A stretch of 64,000 bases of DNA, taken from assembly GCA_004764695.1 (NCBI GenBank), contig SMSO01000032.1:682001-746000 (forward strand). The letters run 5' to 3'. The position numbers were made by a program, and so were the translations under genes. A model generated the notes under the pieces. It did no database searches and was not told the DNA's origin. It saw only the letters and a program-made list of their open reading frames with translations. Positions 10,700-23,405 of this stretch are shown here, one piece after another. Within the stretch, counting starts at the first letter, position 1; each line of letters opens with the position of its first letter. The DNA comes from Schizochytrium sp. TIO01. Lineage: Eukaryota > Protista > Bigyra: Labyrinthulomycetes.

Positions 10700-13684
10700 A
10701 TGAAAAGACTCTCACGGCGCCTTTCGAGGCTGCGACCTTCCTCGAGTTTGCTTTCGTCGCGGTCACTTAGCTCGGTCTCATCAGTCCAAAGCGAGAGGAG
10801 AAAGAGCCAAGAGAAGGCCAAACCTTGGATAGAAGGTAATAGTGACGATGAAAGCGAAGAGTGCGTACATCTTGCTGAGCAAGTTCTCGAGGATGACGAA
10901 CCCAACAAGCAAACGGACCGTGGCAGAAGCGAAGACACGGATGAAGAAAAGGCTCGATTACAGGCGCGAATTCGTGTAGAAGAACTGGTGATGCAGTCTG
11001 AAGACGAGCCGTGGCGTGTATGGGCTACTTTGTGGGAAGCAATCTCACAAGGTGCAGAACATCTTGTGAACCAGATTCTTGAACATCCAATTTTACACGA
11101 CCTAGTCCTGCAGTTGCATGAAGAGCAACAGGAACAGGAGAAACTTCAAGAGAATGACCTAAATGAGTATGGCAGACACGATGATGAAGGGTATGTACCA
11201 GAGGCTGACTCAAAGTTACAACGTTATCGTAATTACTCAAGATCAAGTCGTCGTATTGCCATGAGAGCTGCGTCGAGGCGGTACCAATCAGCGAGATTAC
11301 TTCGAAAGATTGACAACCTCGAAGGAGATCAATTAAGTGACAGTAGTGATGACGAAGGTGTAAGTGATGATGAGAGCGTTGAGGATCCAGAGATGCGGAA
11401 CAGTGGGCTAAAGAGCAAAAGGAATTTGGGCACTGCACCCTTGCTTGTTCGTATGGAAAAGGTGAGCCACCTCTCGGTAAACAATGGATATAGTGAAAAG
11501 CTCAAGACTGGATACTTTGTAACCATCACGGTAGAGCGCACTCTTTCTACAGCAAACACAGAAACCATTTGGTCTGCAGATGGATTTGTCGAATTCGATA
11601 TGGATATGGATCTTGGCCAGGTTGTACCTTCTGATCAACTCATTCTCGAAGTGTATGCTCGGTACTTTGGGAGGTTGCAGGAAGGAATCATTGTAAGCTT
11701 GGGCGTGTGCCGGGTGTGTCTTGCAGATATGGTGCGCGAATCAGTACGCGTGGCTGGTAAGCATGCCGATTCTATAAGTACAGCAACTATCTGGATACGT
11801 GACAAAGAAACTGATATCGTTGTGTTCGATGAGAAAATGCAAGAGCCAACTCGTGTGCAAATTAGTTTAAATTACCTGAGTTTGCTGCAGGGGGAGTGCG
11901 GCTTCCCAGAACCTCGTTCACTCAGTGGTCCCCATGGCGGACCGGCTGCCAATCTAGACGATGGCTTATCGAGAGATGATTTTAACATTCCTTCGGACGA
12001 CAGGTATGAGAAACATGTTTTTGTTGTTACACGAGGTACACGAGGTGACGTGCAGCCTTTCATTGCTCTTGCGCGAGGACTTGCAGAGCAGTGCAATTTT
12101 TTGGTTACAATCTGCACCGAAGATCGCTACCGGCCTCTTATTGAGAGGTATAGCAAAGTCAGGCGAGGAGCAATTCAGTTTCGTACAAGTGGCGGAGATA
12201 CAGAGAAGCGGATTAGCACAGGGGTGGCACGCTGGGCGTTACGACAAAATTCAATGCTGCTTCAATTAGCAATGTTGGGACATTCAGAACGTGAATTCTT
12301 CGATAGCGAACCAATGTTTTACTATTGGTGCCGATCACTAAGGCCAGATGTTATTCTCTTTGGCTTCACGACAACGCACATTGCTATGATTCTTTCAGAG
12401 AGCTTAGAGATCCCTCTAATCGGTTTTCTTCTGCAGCCTACAGTGATTCCAAGCAAACAGTATCCTGCGATCGCTTTACTTGATAACGAAGCAAATCCAG
12501 TAGTCTCACATATAGTTTACGAAAGAATCAAAGTGATTATGGAAAATAATCCTTTCGACTTCAATACTGCTTTGAATACGATGCGGCGAGGGCGGGGCTT
12601 GGAGCCATTCAGCCATCGCGTGAACGATCATTGCTTGATTGTATCTCAAAATATTCCTGTCATCGTGCCCATCAATGAGGTTGCATTTGGAGGAAAACCT
12701 CAAGAATGGCATTCTAATGCTGCCTTGACGGACTTTATCTTTTTACGCAGCGGTGCAATGCCAGACTTGGCACCCAAAATGACAAGCTTTCTTATGGACG
12801 TAAAACACGCAGGTGATCATGTGGTTGTTATGGCATTTAGCAGTATGCCTGTAGCTAGAACACAAATCTTAGAACTTGCGATCATGATGATAGAACAATG
12901 TGAAACCCGTCCTCGAGTGATTGCTCTTGTAGGGAACTCGAATGCCTTATGTCCAGATCATGCAGGTGAGCAGCAGATAAATAACCGTACTAGAAATGTT
13001 GAAGAACATGCCATGGATCTCATTTGTGAAGGTCGACTCTTAGTGGAAGCTGGAGCCCCATTTAGTAAATTATTTCCCCAGGTAGATTGTATAATTGCTC
13101 ATGGGGGGCTTGGTACAACAGGCGAGATTCTCAGAGCAGCAAAGCCTTGCTTAACTACCGGTGTGTTAATCATGGACCAACGATTTTGGGGAAGGCGAAT
13201 CTACGAGTTGGGCTGTGGCCCTCCTCCAATCCATGTTGAAGATCTTGAATCAGTATTGGTCGATTACGTTGATACATGCTTAGTTTCAGATTCAGCATAT
13301 GCTACTCGTGCTAAAGAAGTTGCTCAGCAGATGGATTTGAATGTAGGTGATGGAGTTGACATCAATGTGCAAGCTTTTGCACATCTACTGGAGCTTGCCT
13401 CTTCTGCGAAGAGTCATCGAGAGAGCATCATGCGTTCGTCTCGTAGTCTCTTTTCTGCAGTAGTAAACGATACAAGGCGTGCGCTTGGTTCAGACGTAGC
13501 CTACGTACGAGGCCTTATCACGTCCATGGCTGTTGAAAATGCAAAGCAAATGCAAACTATGGCTAGTGATCTGGTATCATCTCATTCGTCAAGTTCCCAA
13601 GCCTCCACGTCCGAAGTAGACAAACTGAGCAACCCCAGTATAGAGGATGAGGAGGATCATAATGGTCTTCGACGGGGTTGTTGA
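10700..13684 (+). CDS. Sterol 3-beta-glucosyltransferase-like enzyme (GT1 family, Ugt51/UGT80-like) with N-terminal C2-like domain (994 aa)
   Basis: VFVVTRGTRGDVQPFIALARGL matches the G[ST]RGDVQP motif of sterol glucosyltransferases, including the catalytic Asp. UDP-sugar-binding signature APFSKLFPQVDCIIAHGGLGTTGEILRAAKP...DQRFWG. C2-like beta-strand pattern at ~11440-11880. Confidence 0.9.
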   Translation: MKRLSRRLSRLRPSSSLLSSRSLSSVSSVQSERRKSQEKAKPWIEGNSDDESEECVHLAEQVLEDDEPNKQTDRGRSEDTDEEKARLQARIRVEELVMQSEDEPWRVWATLWEAISQGAEHLVNQILEHPILHDLVLQLHEEQQEQEKLQENDLNEYGRHDDEGYVPEADSKLQRYRNYSRSSRRIAMRAASRRYQSARLLRKIDNLEGDQLSDSSDDEGVSDDESVEDPEMRNSGLKSKRNLGTAPLLVRMEKVSHLSVNNGYSEKLKTGYFVTITVERTLSTANTETIWSADGFVEFDMDMDLGQVVPSDQLILEVYARYFGRLQEGIIVSLGVCRVCLADMVRESVRVAGKHADSISTATIWIRDKETDIVVFDEKMQEPTRVQISLNYLSLLQGECGFPEPRSLSGPHGGPAANLDDGLSRDDFNIPSDDRYEKHVFVVTRGTRGDVQPFIALARGLAEQCNFLVTICTEDRYRPLIERYSKVRRGAIQFRTSGGDTEKRISTGVARWALRQNSMLLQLAMLGHSEREFFDSEPMFYYWCRSLRPDVILFGFTTTHIAMILSESLEIPLIGFLLQPTVIPSKQYPAIALLDNEANPVVSHIVYERIKVIMENNPFDFNTALNTMRRGRGLEPFSHRVNDHCLIVSQNIPVIVPINEVAFGGKPQEWHSNAALTDFIFLRSGAMPDLAPKMTSFLMDVKHAGDHVVVMAFSSMPVARTQILELAIMMIEQCETRPRVIALVGNSNALCPDHAGEQQINNRTRNVEEHAMDLICEGRLLVEAGAPFSKLFPQVDCIIAHGGLGTTGEILRAAKPCLTTGVLIMDQRFWGRRIYELGCGPPPIHVEDLESVLVDYVDTCLVSDSAYATRAKEVAQQMDLNVGDGVDINVQAFAHLLELASSAKSHRESIMRSSRSLFSAVVNDTRRALGSDVAYVRGLITSMAVENAKQMQTMASDLVSSHSSSSQASTSEVDKLSNPSIEDEEDHNGLRRGC

Positions 13685-16600
13685 CTCCAAATGTAAATTC
13701 CAATACTTCAATGTTAAGCTTGGTGGACAACAGATTGATAGCATAAACACCTTGCCGGGAAATGTGTTCTGTTTAGGTAGATGTTGATTGGCAAGGTAAG
13801 GCAAGATGCTTGAAGTCTTGACGAAAACATAGAAAGGCGTTGCAAACTTACGTTTTAAGAGATAGCCACCTGCTGAGCTTTAAAGTAAATTAAAGTGTAT
13901 TTATCTGTAATACAAAGAAAGATAGGAGAATTAATATCCTTAACCATGAATTCCCACGCATTCTGTCTAAATGCTTTTAACTCTTGATGCCTTGGCAACT
14001 CAATCACAGATCCGGTTGTCTAGTTCTTAAGATATACAAATCTTGAATTTTTAGGACTTACGACAGTGTTCTAAGTATTATAGCAATGCCTCATTTTTAT
14101 TCGATTGGTGATTTCAATACTGCTCATGCGCACAACATCAGTTATGAAACTATAGCCAAGTGTTCAACATAGGTTTCTGTGAGTGGCCTCTTGTATGCTT
14201 ATGGCTCTGAACGTCATAATCAATATTCGTAATTTTTAGCTTCCAGATGTAGACGCAAGCATTGTCTCTCCATATGTCGAATGGGTGAATATAGCCAGCT
14301 AGAATATAAGCTAGAAAGATGAAGGCAAACATGTTTTTTAAAGACATATAAATAAACTATGGTCGATCAGCTCGGAACTGGATTCCAAAGTGGGATTCTT
14401 CATGTTGTTATGTAGACATTGAGCCTGACTTTATCTGTATGCCAAATGATTGAAGAGGTGAGGATCACTCGCCTGCATTAAATTATATTCCATATTTCAC
14501 CATCCTTCATCTGTTTGATGTATCTGTACCCTTTTAGCTGTCGAAGTCCTTGGTTTCACAACCTCGCATTTGTTTGACTGGTCCTAACCTTATACGCGAG
14601 ATCTCAGCATTAAAGAACTTACGCTGACATGCCGAGCAATCCAGCAAAATTGTATCCACAAATCCCTTCGATTGAGAATTTTAGCATTACAACCGTCGAA
14701 AGGCATTGTATCCCCAAACTTCTGATCACATTTCGTCTTCAAACTCATGTAGAAAGTGTGCTAGGTAATTGAGTCTACATTAAGCAATACCTAAAGTAGA
14801 TAAGCGGGAGGTTGACATAGTTAATGTTTATGAGCTAGCGATCTGCGGACTTAAAAACTGAATTTATGAAATCATAATCTGTAGTAGCTCAAGCCTTGTC
14901 ATGACTTACTAACATCTCAAGCGTTTACATTTTCATGAAATCCTTAACTTCCAGCTCTGATTCCATCCAAAAGAAATACATGCAGTGCTTACGTTTTAAT
15001 ACATCAGCCACTTCAGGCCTTGCTATGTATCAACCGGAGTGCTTTGCTTTCGAGTTCTCTATGTTTATGTGCTCTTGTCTGAGATTCTGCAAAGAATTGC
15101 CAAAAAGCCTTGCTGTATTTCATTCAGTTACCACTTCGATTGCTGCACATAGTAAGCAATAAATTCCAGCTTTATTTCTTGTAATGCAATATAGACAATA
15201 TGAAATACATCAAACATTATTCAATTGAAGGAAGAAAATTGTCCAGTCCTAGTACATTAAATTCGAAAACGTTCAGGTCTGCAATCTCTGCTGAAAGGAA
15301 CTTGTAGATAACTTCTAACTAAAACCTTCGCGAGTATGTGCTGATTTTCTCAGCAGAAAAAGAACTTTGAAATACAACTAGTAGCCTCGAGCGTGTATGA
15401 AAACCTGATTGTCAAAGTCGATGCATACATTTAAAACGACTACCGATGAAAATTACCACTCGCCAACCTGGTATGAGGTATTTCAGAGCGAATATGAAAT
15501 GAATATCCAAAATAAACATAATAAATATTTCTGACTTATTATAAATATACAATTGAGCACCATGCTAGTCAGTCTCCATCTAGCCTGAACGAGCATTTCA
15601 CTACAAAAAGTAAGCTTTAATTTCGCAGGCACAATTGCTTACCGGTATCCAAGTGCAAGTTGACCGAAGGTACTAAAACGATAATTCGAATTAAATGAAA
15701 ATAAATGTAGACTCCCTATTGCTTGGTGAAAGCACTGGTTGACCACATTATGGCATTATATGTGTATGCTTCGACAAGACAAATAGCGATAGTGAATTGT
15801 TGCTCATAGCTATTGTGGGGTTATTCTTAAATATCTCACTCTACGCAGGGTAGGACACCTTTTTGCACTACACGTCGTCAGATAAACATTATGAGGCACT
15901 GTTTAAAAATCCTTTCGGATTGAGGAATATAGTAGTGAGGCTATATCTTGATATAATTAGCAGTTGCTAATACAATAGAGTGGGAAAAACATACTACCTA
16001 GGTTCTTTTGGTTTTCTTCATCAAAGTTCAACATAAGCCAGGCCGCTGTTCCAATCGGAAAACCCATAATTAAAGCCAAGTATTTTGGCAAAGGTTTTTG
16101 AAGCAGAATTTAGGTCAAGGTGAACAAATTTCACATCATTCCGAGTACATTTGAAGGTTCACAAGTTTCGCCTACGTTGATCATATAGTCTCATTTTGCA
16201 CATGACAAGCCGGACAAAAATAAATCTCTGCAATATGTGTTCCTCAGCCTAGATACTCCAGGAGTGCAGTCATTGAGCAAGGAGGTAAAGGCATCTCAAA
16301 AGTTGATTTATTTGGTGAGATCTTACACGTTTCTGAATCGTATAGAGCAAAAGTACAAGTGGAAATTTTCTTAAAGTATTTCCGCATAATCTGCTACGGA
16401 ATTCAATATTGTGCCAATTAAAAGGAACTATGCACTGAGCTTTGAGGTAATGCATTTCACCTGGATTAGGGCCATTGAAATGCAATAAGCTAATCGTAGG
16501 AAAATACCTTAGAGGTTGGTTTTAGAGAGCACGCAAAGAAAGAGTCGTAGCTACGTCTGGATATATAAATTCTCTGGGGTTAGCATTTCGGTATTCACTC

Positions 16601-17278
16601 CAATCGGATAAAGGCTTGAAGAGAAATGCAGAGAGGAATGCGCCTGGTTCATGTGAAGTCTGATGGCAAAACAATTTTATTTCCGGTCCTTGTCTTCATT
16701 ATCTATACGATAGAGTGAGCGTACGGGGGGACAAATAAGTGCATTCTTGTTGACATGTGTGATTTGTTTGATTGGAGCTTTTACCCAAGCTAAAAGATTT
16801 AAATAGGTTGTCTCTGGGTAGTGAAAATATTCTAAGGCACATTTGTATTCAAGGTACCGCACGAGACGAAAAATTGGACTGTCTTTAGAAAATCTCAAGC
16901 ATGATGACTTAAGCAGGGCGATGTTATATCATTTCGCATTAGTTTCCAAGGTATTTCAAATTTCTACAGAATAGATTCATAAAGTGATAACGCTGGCTTG
17001 TGCGAGTGGCGAGTCATCTTGTCGAGGGCGTACGATGATGCGGAAGAAGTTCAACTCGCGAAATAAGCCTGCACGCAAATGCATCGCATAGAATATCTAA
17101 GAAGATATTCCAACAAGACGCGGAGACTGTGTTGCGGAGCCCGGGCATGCGACGGGTTGTCAAGGCTTATAATATATTACGTTTTAGATCGTGCTCAGGT
17201 TGATTAATTCCCTGCGGCTCGGCCGTTAATTTGGCTTGATAGTGAGAATTGCTATGGATTAGAACGGGTGCGGAAATC

Positions 17279-18903
17279 GAGGTGGCATACGCATAAATGA
17301 CCATCATCGCAACGGGTGGCATACGGCTCGAAGGCGGAAAAAGTGTAAATTCTTTCCGAGTTCCGAAATACATGTGACAGAACCATGCTAGAATTTAAGC
17401 CGCAGTAGACTTTGCATGAATCAGTAGGTAATGTAATACTAATGGCTTGCAAACGAAGTGTTGCAAGTTCTTTGAACAGTAGTCAAATTAAGAATGGGAA
17501 GGGGAGAGTTATGACGTTCGTATTCCAAAAAAAGGTTTTGTCCGAAAACCGAAAAACAAAATCATTTTTTTTTTTTCAGGCGTAGAGCGATCGATGGCTT
17601 GAGATTTAGAGCATATGGGATTTCAAAAGTTATCAATAGTAAGACTTCTCAATGTTAATTATTTTGAGAAATTTGACATAAAGCAAGATTTATGCTTCAT
17701 ATGATAATTCCTTTTTAAAATCATGGGTGAGCACTAGAAGGTATGATTGAGGGTAAAGAAGGGGGCAACGTTTTGTACCATATCAAATAAGATAAAATGA
17801 AACTTCATTATTGACATTTCTCTTGAAGTTGATTATTTAAATTTCTGTGTAGAAATAAATCAATGTCAACTCTATGTGTTGAACGTATATGCGATTTCAA
17901 AATTCTTAGAAGCGTCACAAAGTGAGTGAGGGAATGCAGAAGGGTCGACGAACAAGAGGAAGTTATTTGATGCAAAGGAAATGTCAAGCGTCAGACAAGC
18001 AACTGCAAGACGAGGAGCCGTAATGGTATATTAACGTCTTAGTTTGAATCTGAGAGAGCGGGCTCTGGAGATGTCTGCTGAATTTGTCCTCGAGCATAGA
18101 CCGTTTTAAATATAGATTATTCTAATATACACTGACAGCAGTAGAGTTTGTATAGTCTAATTGGAATTTGAAGGAAATTTACTTGAAAATTTCGAAAGCA
18201 TCGGATAGATATTTCACAAACGCAGAAGAGCGAGAGTAATTCAATTGGCGCTTGCAATTTTTAAAGCAGAACTCTCAGGATAGTGTAAATTTGAAGGTCT
18301 GTTGATGCTGTTCTACAAGAAATGAGTTTCGATTTCTTTTAGTAATCGACGTTTTCATTTTATTAGGCGGCCGACCACGAATTTTTGTTTATTCCACCGC
18401 GCGTCGGATCCTCGGCCGGTACTCATCCCTCTTGAATGATGATGATGCGCCCTCTATCAAACGCATGTTCTTAAAAAGTGAAAAGGGTAACTTCCAAAAT
18501 CAAATATTTTTCTATTCTCCCCCATTTCATTTCATTAGGAAAGTTAGGGGAATATTAATTTTCATGCAGAAAGAAAGTCAGGAAACATAACAAGAATATG
18601 ATGATCAACAACAATATTTAAGATTAATAAAAAAAAATAAAAAAATAAATAGAATTAAAAAAATAGTACTAAATGATGAACGAACCTATTTGATTATTGA
18701 TCATTCTTCAAGACAAGACAGTTTCTTGAAAAAAATAAAAAATGAAAAAGAGAAAAGAGAAAAAGAGAAACACTAAACATGACCATGGTAATGATGGTAG
18801 AAAAAAGAAGAAAGTAAAACCAACTGAACTTGGAGAATCTATTCTTACCGTACGGTATTTAGTTCTAGAGGTGGCATACGTGCACACTGCGTGGTGGCAT
18901 ACG
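17279..18903 (+). promoter_or_regulatory. Two pairs of direct-repeat GGTGGCATACG motifs (candidate transcription-factor sites)
   Basis: Exact 11-mer at 17281, 17315, 18870 and 18893. The first copy of each pair extends to GAGGTGGCATACG. Function is inferred only. Confidence 0.4.
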
Positions 18904-21900
18904 CCGCGGCATTTAAAGTCAATCTCTAGCAGTCACGCTTAAGTTATCTATTGCCCTGTACAAATCTGCACCGCTTGATAGTGTCGCGAAGAGCCGCTCG
19001 CCGCGCCAAACTTCAAGACCTATCTAGCTATACATTTTAATGATCTTTAAGCCGGCCGGCTGTGCATAGGTAGATGGGTATCTGCTTCGTTAGTTGAATT
19101 GTAATTCATCTAGTTCACGCAGTTGTGAATCTTGATTAGGAACCGAGTTGTTCATCCTGTGCCAGCATCACCACGATGAGAACTGCCACGTGTTTATGTG
19201 CCGCCTATCAACGGTCTACCTACATGTACATGCGTGGGTTTTTACCCAAGCAACAGGATTGCAAGCACTAATTAGGCACTACTATGCTATCATCTCCAGT
19301 ATGAGATAATGACGGGAGCCTTCGTTCGGCCTTGGAGCGAGTCTCTTCTTCACCATAAAGTTTGAATCCAGCCAGCTCTCTACTTTGGGTTAGTCTAATT
19401 TGTTGGATGCGGCGGCCATCCTGAGCAACTCAGCCAGGTGTGACCGAATGGCAAGCAAGCGACAGCAGCTGTTGGCTTGGGCGCGGTGGCCAACGCAAAG
19501 ATCATGTCCCAGATCTGCTGCATCATGATGCGTCGAGCCGTGAAGATGCTATTCAGAGTACGTTGCCGAGCTAAACTTGTTTCTGGAGATCGCGTCGTGC
19601 GATCTATGGCGACGCTATCCAAGATATGATGCTCCAAGTTCAAGAAGCAGGCTTCGATTGGGCGACGACGCATACTAGATCCAAGGTGCCTCGAAGTGAG
19701 AAGGTAGGTTTCACAACTGGCTGATTGGTGAACCTTCTCAAACTACAAAAGGGGAGCCAATACTTGGACTGATCAGTAGTCCTCGTCGCCTTCTCCGCAC
19801 TTTAGTCTTTTGTCCTGCTGCTCACCTTAAAGGTCACTCGCATAGAGAAAGCACTGTGTTTAGGAGCACTACTTTAAGTATCGCGGAGCGAATGTCTGTC
19901 CAAACATGATGCAACACGAGCAGGTGTGAACAAAAGTGTACGAGTTCTTGAATGTGACACGATGCAGCAAATCCTCTGCTTCTACTAGGACGGCATGTTA
20001 GTTATTTCTCTCTTGAGAATCAGTTGGCTGTCCAACTATATTTTCTCCAAGAGCAGCAGCACAAGATTGGAGGTTACAGAAGATGGGGCATAAATAGAGA
20101 AATAAAAGCTAGTAGGACTTGTTCTACTAAGTACCTAGGTCGAACAACAAGCTGGGTGAAAAGGGAAGAAGAGGAAAGTGACATACGTTGCGACTGTCGC
20201 TGGCTACTGGAGCATAGACAGGCACTAGAGCGAGCTTTGAGCCTGCCGTTTAGACTTTCTACCAGCTAGCTTTGTCGCGTCGTCGTCTTGGTGTAAGTTT
20301 GCTTCTAGTGTCTCCTTCCACTAAGTAGGTTTTCTCTGCTTCACTTCCAAGGTCAGATAATTCTTCATTTTACTGCCACCATATCTAAAAAAAAATTAAA
20401 AAAAAAAATTCAATTACTTAAAAAAAGACCTTTTAATTGAAAATGTGTTTTAGTATAAAATTAATTTTGTTTGTTTGGTTAATTAAAATTAAAATTAAAA
20501 AGAGCTTGAATTGGAGCTTCTAATAATAATAAAAAACTATTACTCTTACAGAAAGCATCATGTTTTAAAAAAAAAGCTAAGAATAAAGAAAAGAATATGA
20601 GCTAAAATGCTTGTGCCCTTCAAGTAAGACTATCAATATTGATTGATATACTTTTCCCTTCTAGCTAGGCTTGAAGTTTGATTGATGTAGGCTGTATGTT
20701 TAGTTCCAATCAATAGTTATCTGCTGCTATTCGTAAATAAGAAACCACGCCTAAGGAAAAAGAAAATCCTTTGCGTAGTTCCAGTAAAGCTGTCAGAAAT
20801 GGTTTTCTGTCACGTAATTAGGGGTGTTACTTGCTCAGTCATTGCTCAGGCATCATGAGGGATCGACCTTCTTAATTATTGATAACAATCTCCAGCGAGA
20901 TAGACACTTCTTTCTTACGACGAAGCGGCCGTCATGTTACAATCCCAACTTGTAAAATAAACAAGGTTCTTATCTCTAGGTTGCAGTTCAGGACCTACTA
21001 TAAATCTAAGTTTTAGAAGTTGCTTTTCTTATCCTGACTCCATTTCAAATGAGGCAGCTCAGCAATTTCCGAGGCTGGACAAATTGATCCTTTCGATCTT
21101 CAAAACACGGCAACCAGCCTGCTTTGAAAGCGTCCACAGGGATGGCCGAAGGGGGGATTCCTAGCCGCCAGCGAGGCAGACCAAATTGCTTTAGCTTCAA
21201 GCCACTTGAATGTTGCAATCGCCGTGGTCAAATGAATGCAAGCAAAAATTGAACAGCACCATAAAATGATACATATTTATTTACTGATGAGTTGCTCAAG
21301 AAAACACCTCGATTTACCTGATAGAGGTTAATCATACGTCAATGCTAAGTTGGGGTTGAGCTTTCTGTTGTAGATGATCTGCATGTCAATTTTCAGGCCG
21401 TCTTCTCAAGATAGCTAAATCTACCTGTGCAAGTGTTTAGAATAAAGCTGACTGGACTGCACCGTTGTGGATTGACCCGTCAGTCTAACTGTTCGCTCGT
21501 TGAGCAGCCACCATCTCCGCACTCGAGCCCGTTAGCTTCGGGTGCTGGCTGGACTTCATCTTGTTTGAGCCATTTCAAGAGAGCTCGCTCGCTCGCGTTC
21601 CAAAATGATCCAGTTATTATGACCGAGTTCACAAAAGGATGGCGCGTGGGCTCTGGATTGTTTCTCCTCTACTATTCCACATAAACACACACGCACCCAC
21701 GCACGCACGTACGCATACCTGCACGCAGGTCCTGCCGAGCTTCACTGGGCTCTTTTCCTGCAACCGATGTCTTCCGCTCGCCTGCCTACCTAACTGAATG
21801 AATTCAAGCTGCTGCGCTCTTTCTTATTCCTCGAGATCGATCTCAACGAAGCTGTCGGGTCCACCTTTCACGGGCCCTTTCTGGAAGCACGCAAGTATAT

Positions 21901-22711
21901 ATATATATACCTATATGAGCTGTTTTCCTGAGAGACATTTAGCCGCTGTCGGCAGCGCCCCCGAAGTTAAACTCCGTACCTGAAGCCTGGTCAGAACAGC
22001 CCGTATCTCTGCTTTCCACTTGGCTGAGCGAAGGGAGCAAAGGCTTGAAGGGTCTATATTTTACTTATAAGAAGAAGCGCCCACTTCGAGGAGGAGGAGA
22101 AGAAGAAGAATGACAGAGAGTATGACTTCCCACCAGAAAAAAGATCAACTTCCTCCAATGCGGTCTATGTTTTACTCTCTGAATCAGACCTGGCTAGGTA
22201 GCCACCCTAGCTAGCTGCTATTCCGGTAAGAGGAGAGTGAGCGATTGAGTGAGTGAGTTGGATATGATGGCAGCTAAGCAGCAGCTTCTGAAGGCCGCTG
22301 GACGAGATCAACCTTGTCGCAGGCTCCGGCTTCGGCTGTTCGATAACAGCGCTGACAGTTAGCACGCACAGCTCAGCTCAGTGACTATCGGCGGCACCAC
22401 CGTGGTTTGTCTGTCTTTTGCAGCCGCACCCGAAGCCGCATCCAGGTAGGCACTAGCAGGCGCTACGCACGGCCTACTGGGTAATGAGGCAAGGCTCCTG
22501 CAACCAGGCAGCAAACCACGCAGAGCAGAGGCCTGAAAAACCCGAGTTTTGTCGTCTGTTTATTCGCTGCCACCGCTGAGCAGCACGTCCGATGGGCCCA
22601 TTCTGAGCTACTGTCGTCTGTTGTCAAGGTTTTATGGATTTCTTTCTTTATGGTTGTTTATTTGCATGCATTTTTTATTGCCCTCATCTGTCGTCAAATC
22701 CACTGATTCGC

Positions 22712-22789
22712 TCTTTCTTTCTTTCTTACTTTCTTACTTTCTTACTTTCTTTCTTTCTCTACGCTCACTCATCTCACATAAAGAAAGGA

Positions 22790-22869
<80 letters not shown>

Positions 22870-22884
22870 GAATAAATAAATAAA
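22712..22884. repeat. Compound microsatellite (CTTT/CTTA)n - spacer - (AAAG)n(AAGC)n(AAAT)n
   Basis: Read directly from sequence. Confidence 0.9.
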
Positions 22885-23319
22885 TGGTAAGCATGTTCTT
22901 CCTGTTGCTCTGTTTTGTTCCAGTTTTCATGCCCCAAAGTGTGCTAGGGTCGCGTCACATACGCGCAAAGGACCACATTCTCTGTGCGCCCTCCTCGTGC
23001 CTTGTACATCCTGGCCTTTTCCTTACCGTTCTCAGTAATAGTCTCCCTAGCCTCCTTCACCCGAGTCATTCAGCTCAGGTATTTCCTGCATCCTTTTTAT
23101 TTCTTTTCCCTTTTCCCTTCCTTCTTTTCCTTCAATTTTAAATAAAAGTTCAGGTTAATCAATAATTCAATAATAATAGTAATAATAATAAATAATAGTA
23201 ATAAATAGAGGTTTAACAGAAAGAGAGTTTATGATCCTATTCCACCTTTGCTTTCTTCTCTCTGCGGTTCGAGCATCGCGCTCTTTGTAGAGCTTTGGTC
23301 TTGCGAGGCCCTCGGTTTC

Positions 23320-23374
23320 GCAGCAGCATCAGCATCAGCGGCAGCATCAGCGGCGGCAGCAGCAGCAGCAGAAG

Positions 23375-23403
<29 letters not shown>
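23320..23403. repeat. Imperfect (GCA)n followed by (GAA)11
   Basis: Read directly from sequence. Confidence 0.9.
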
Positions 23404-23405
<2 letters not shown>

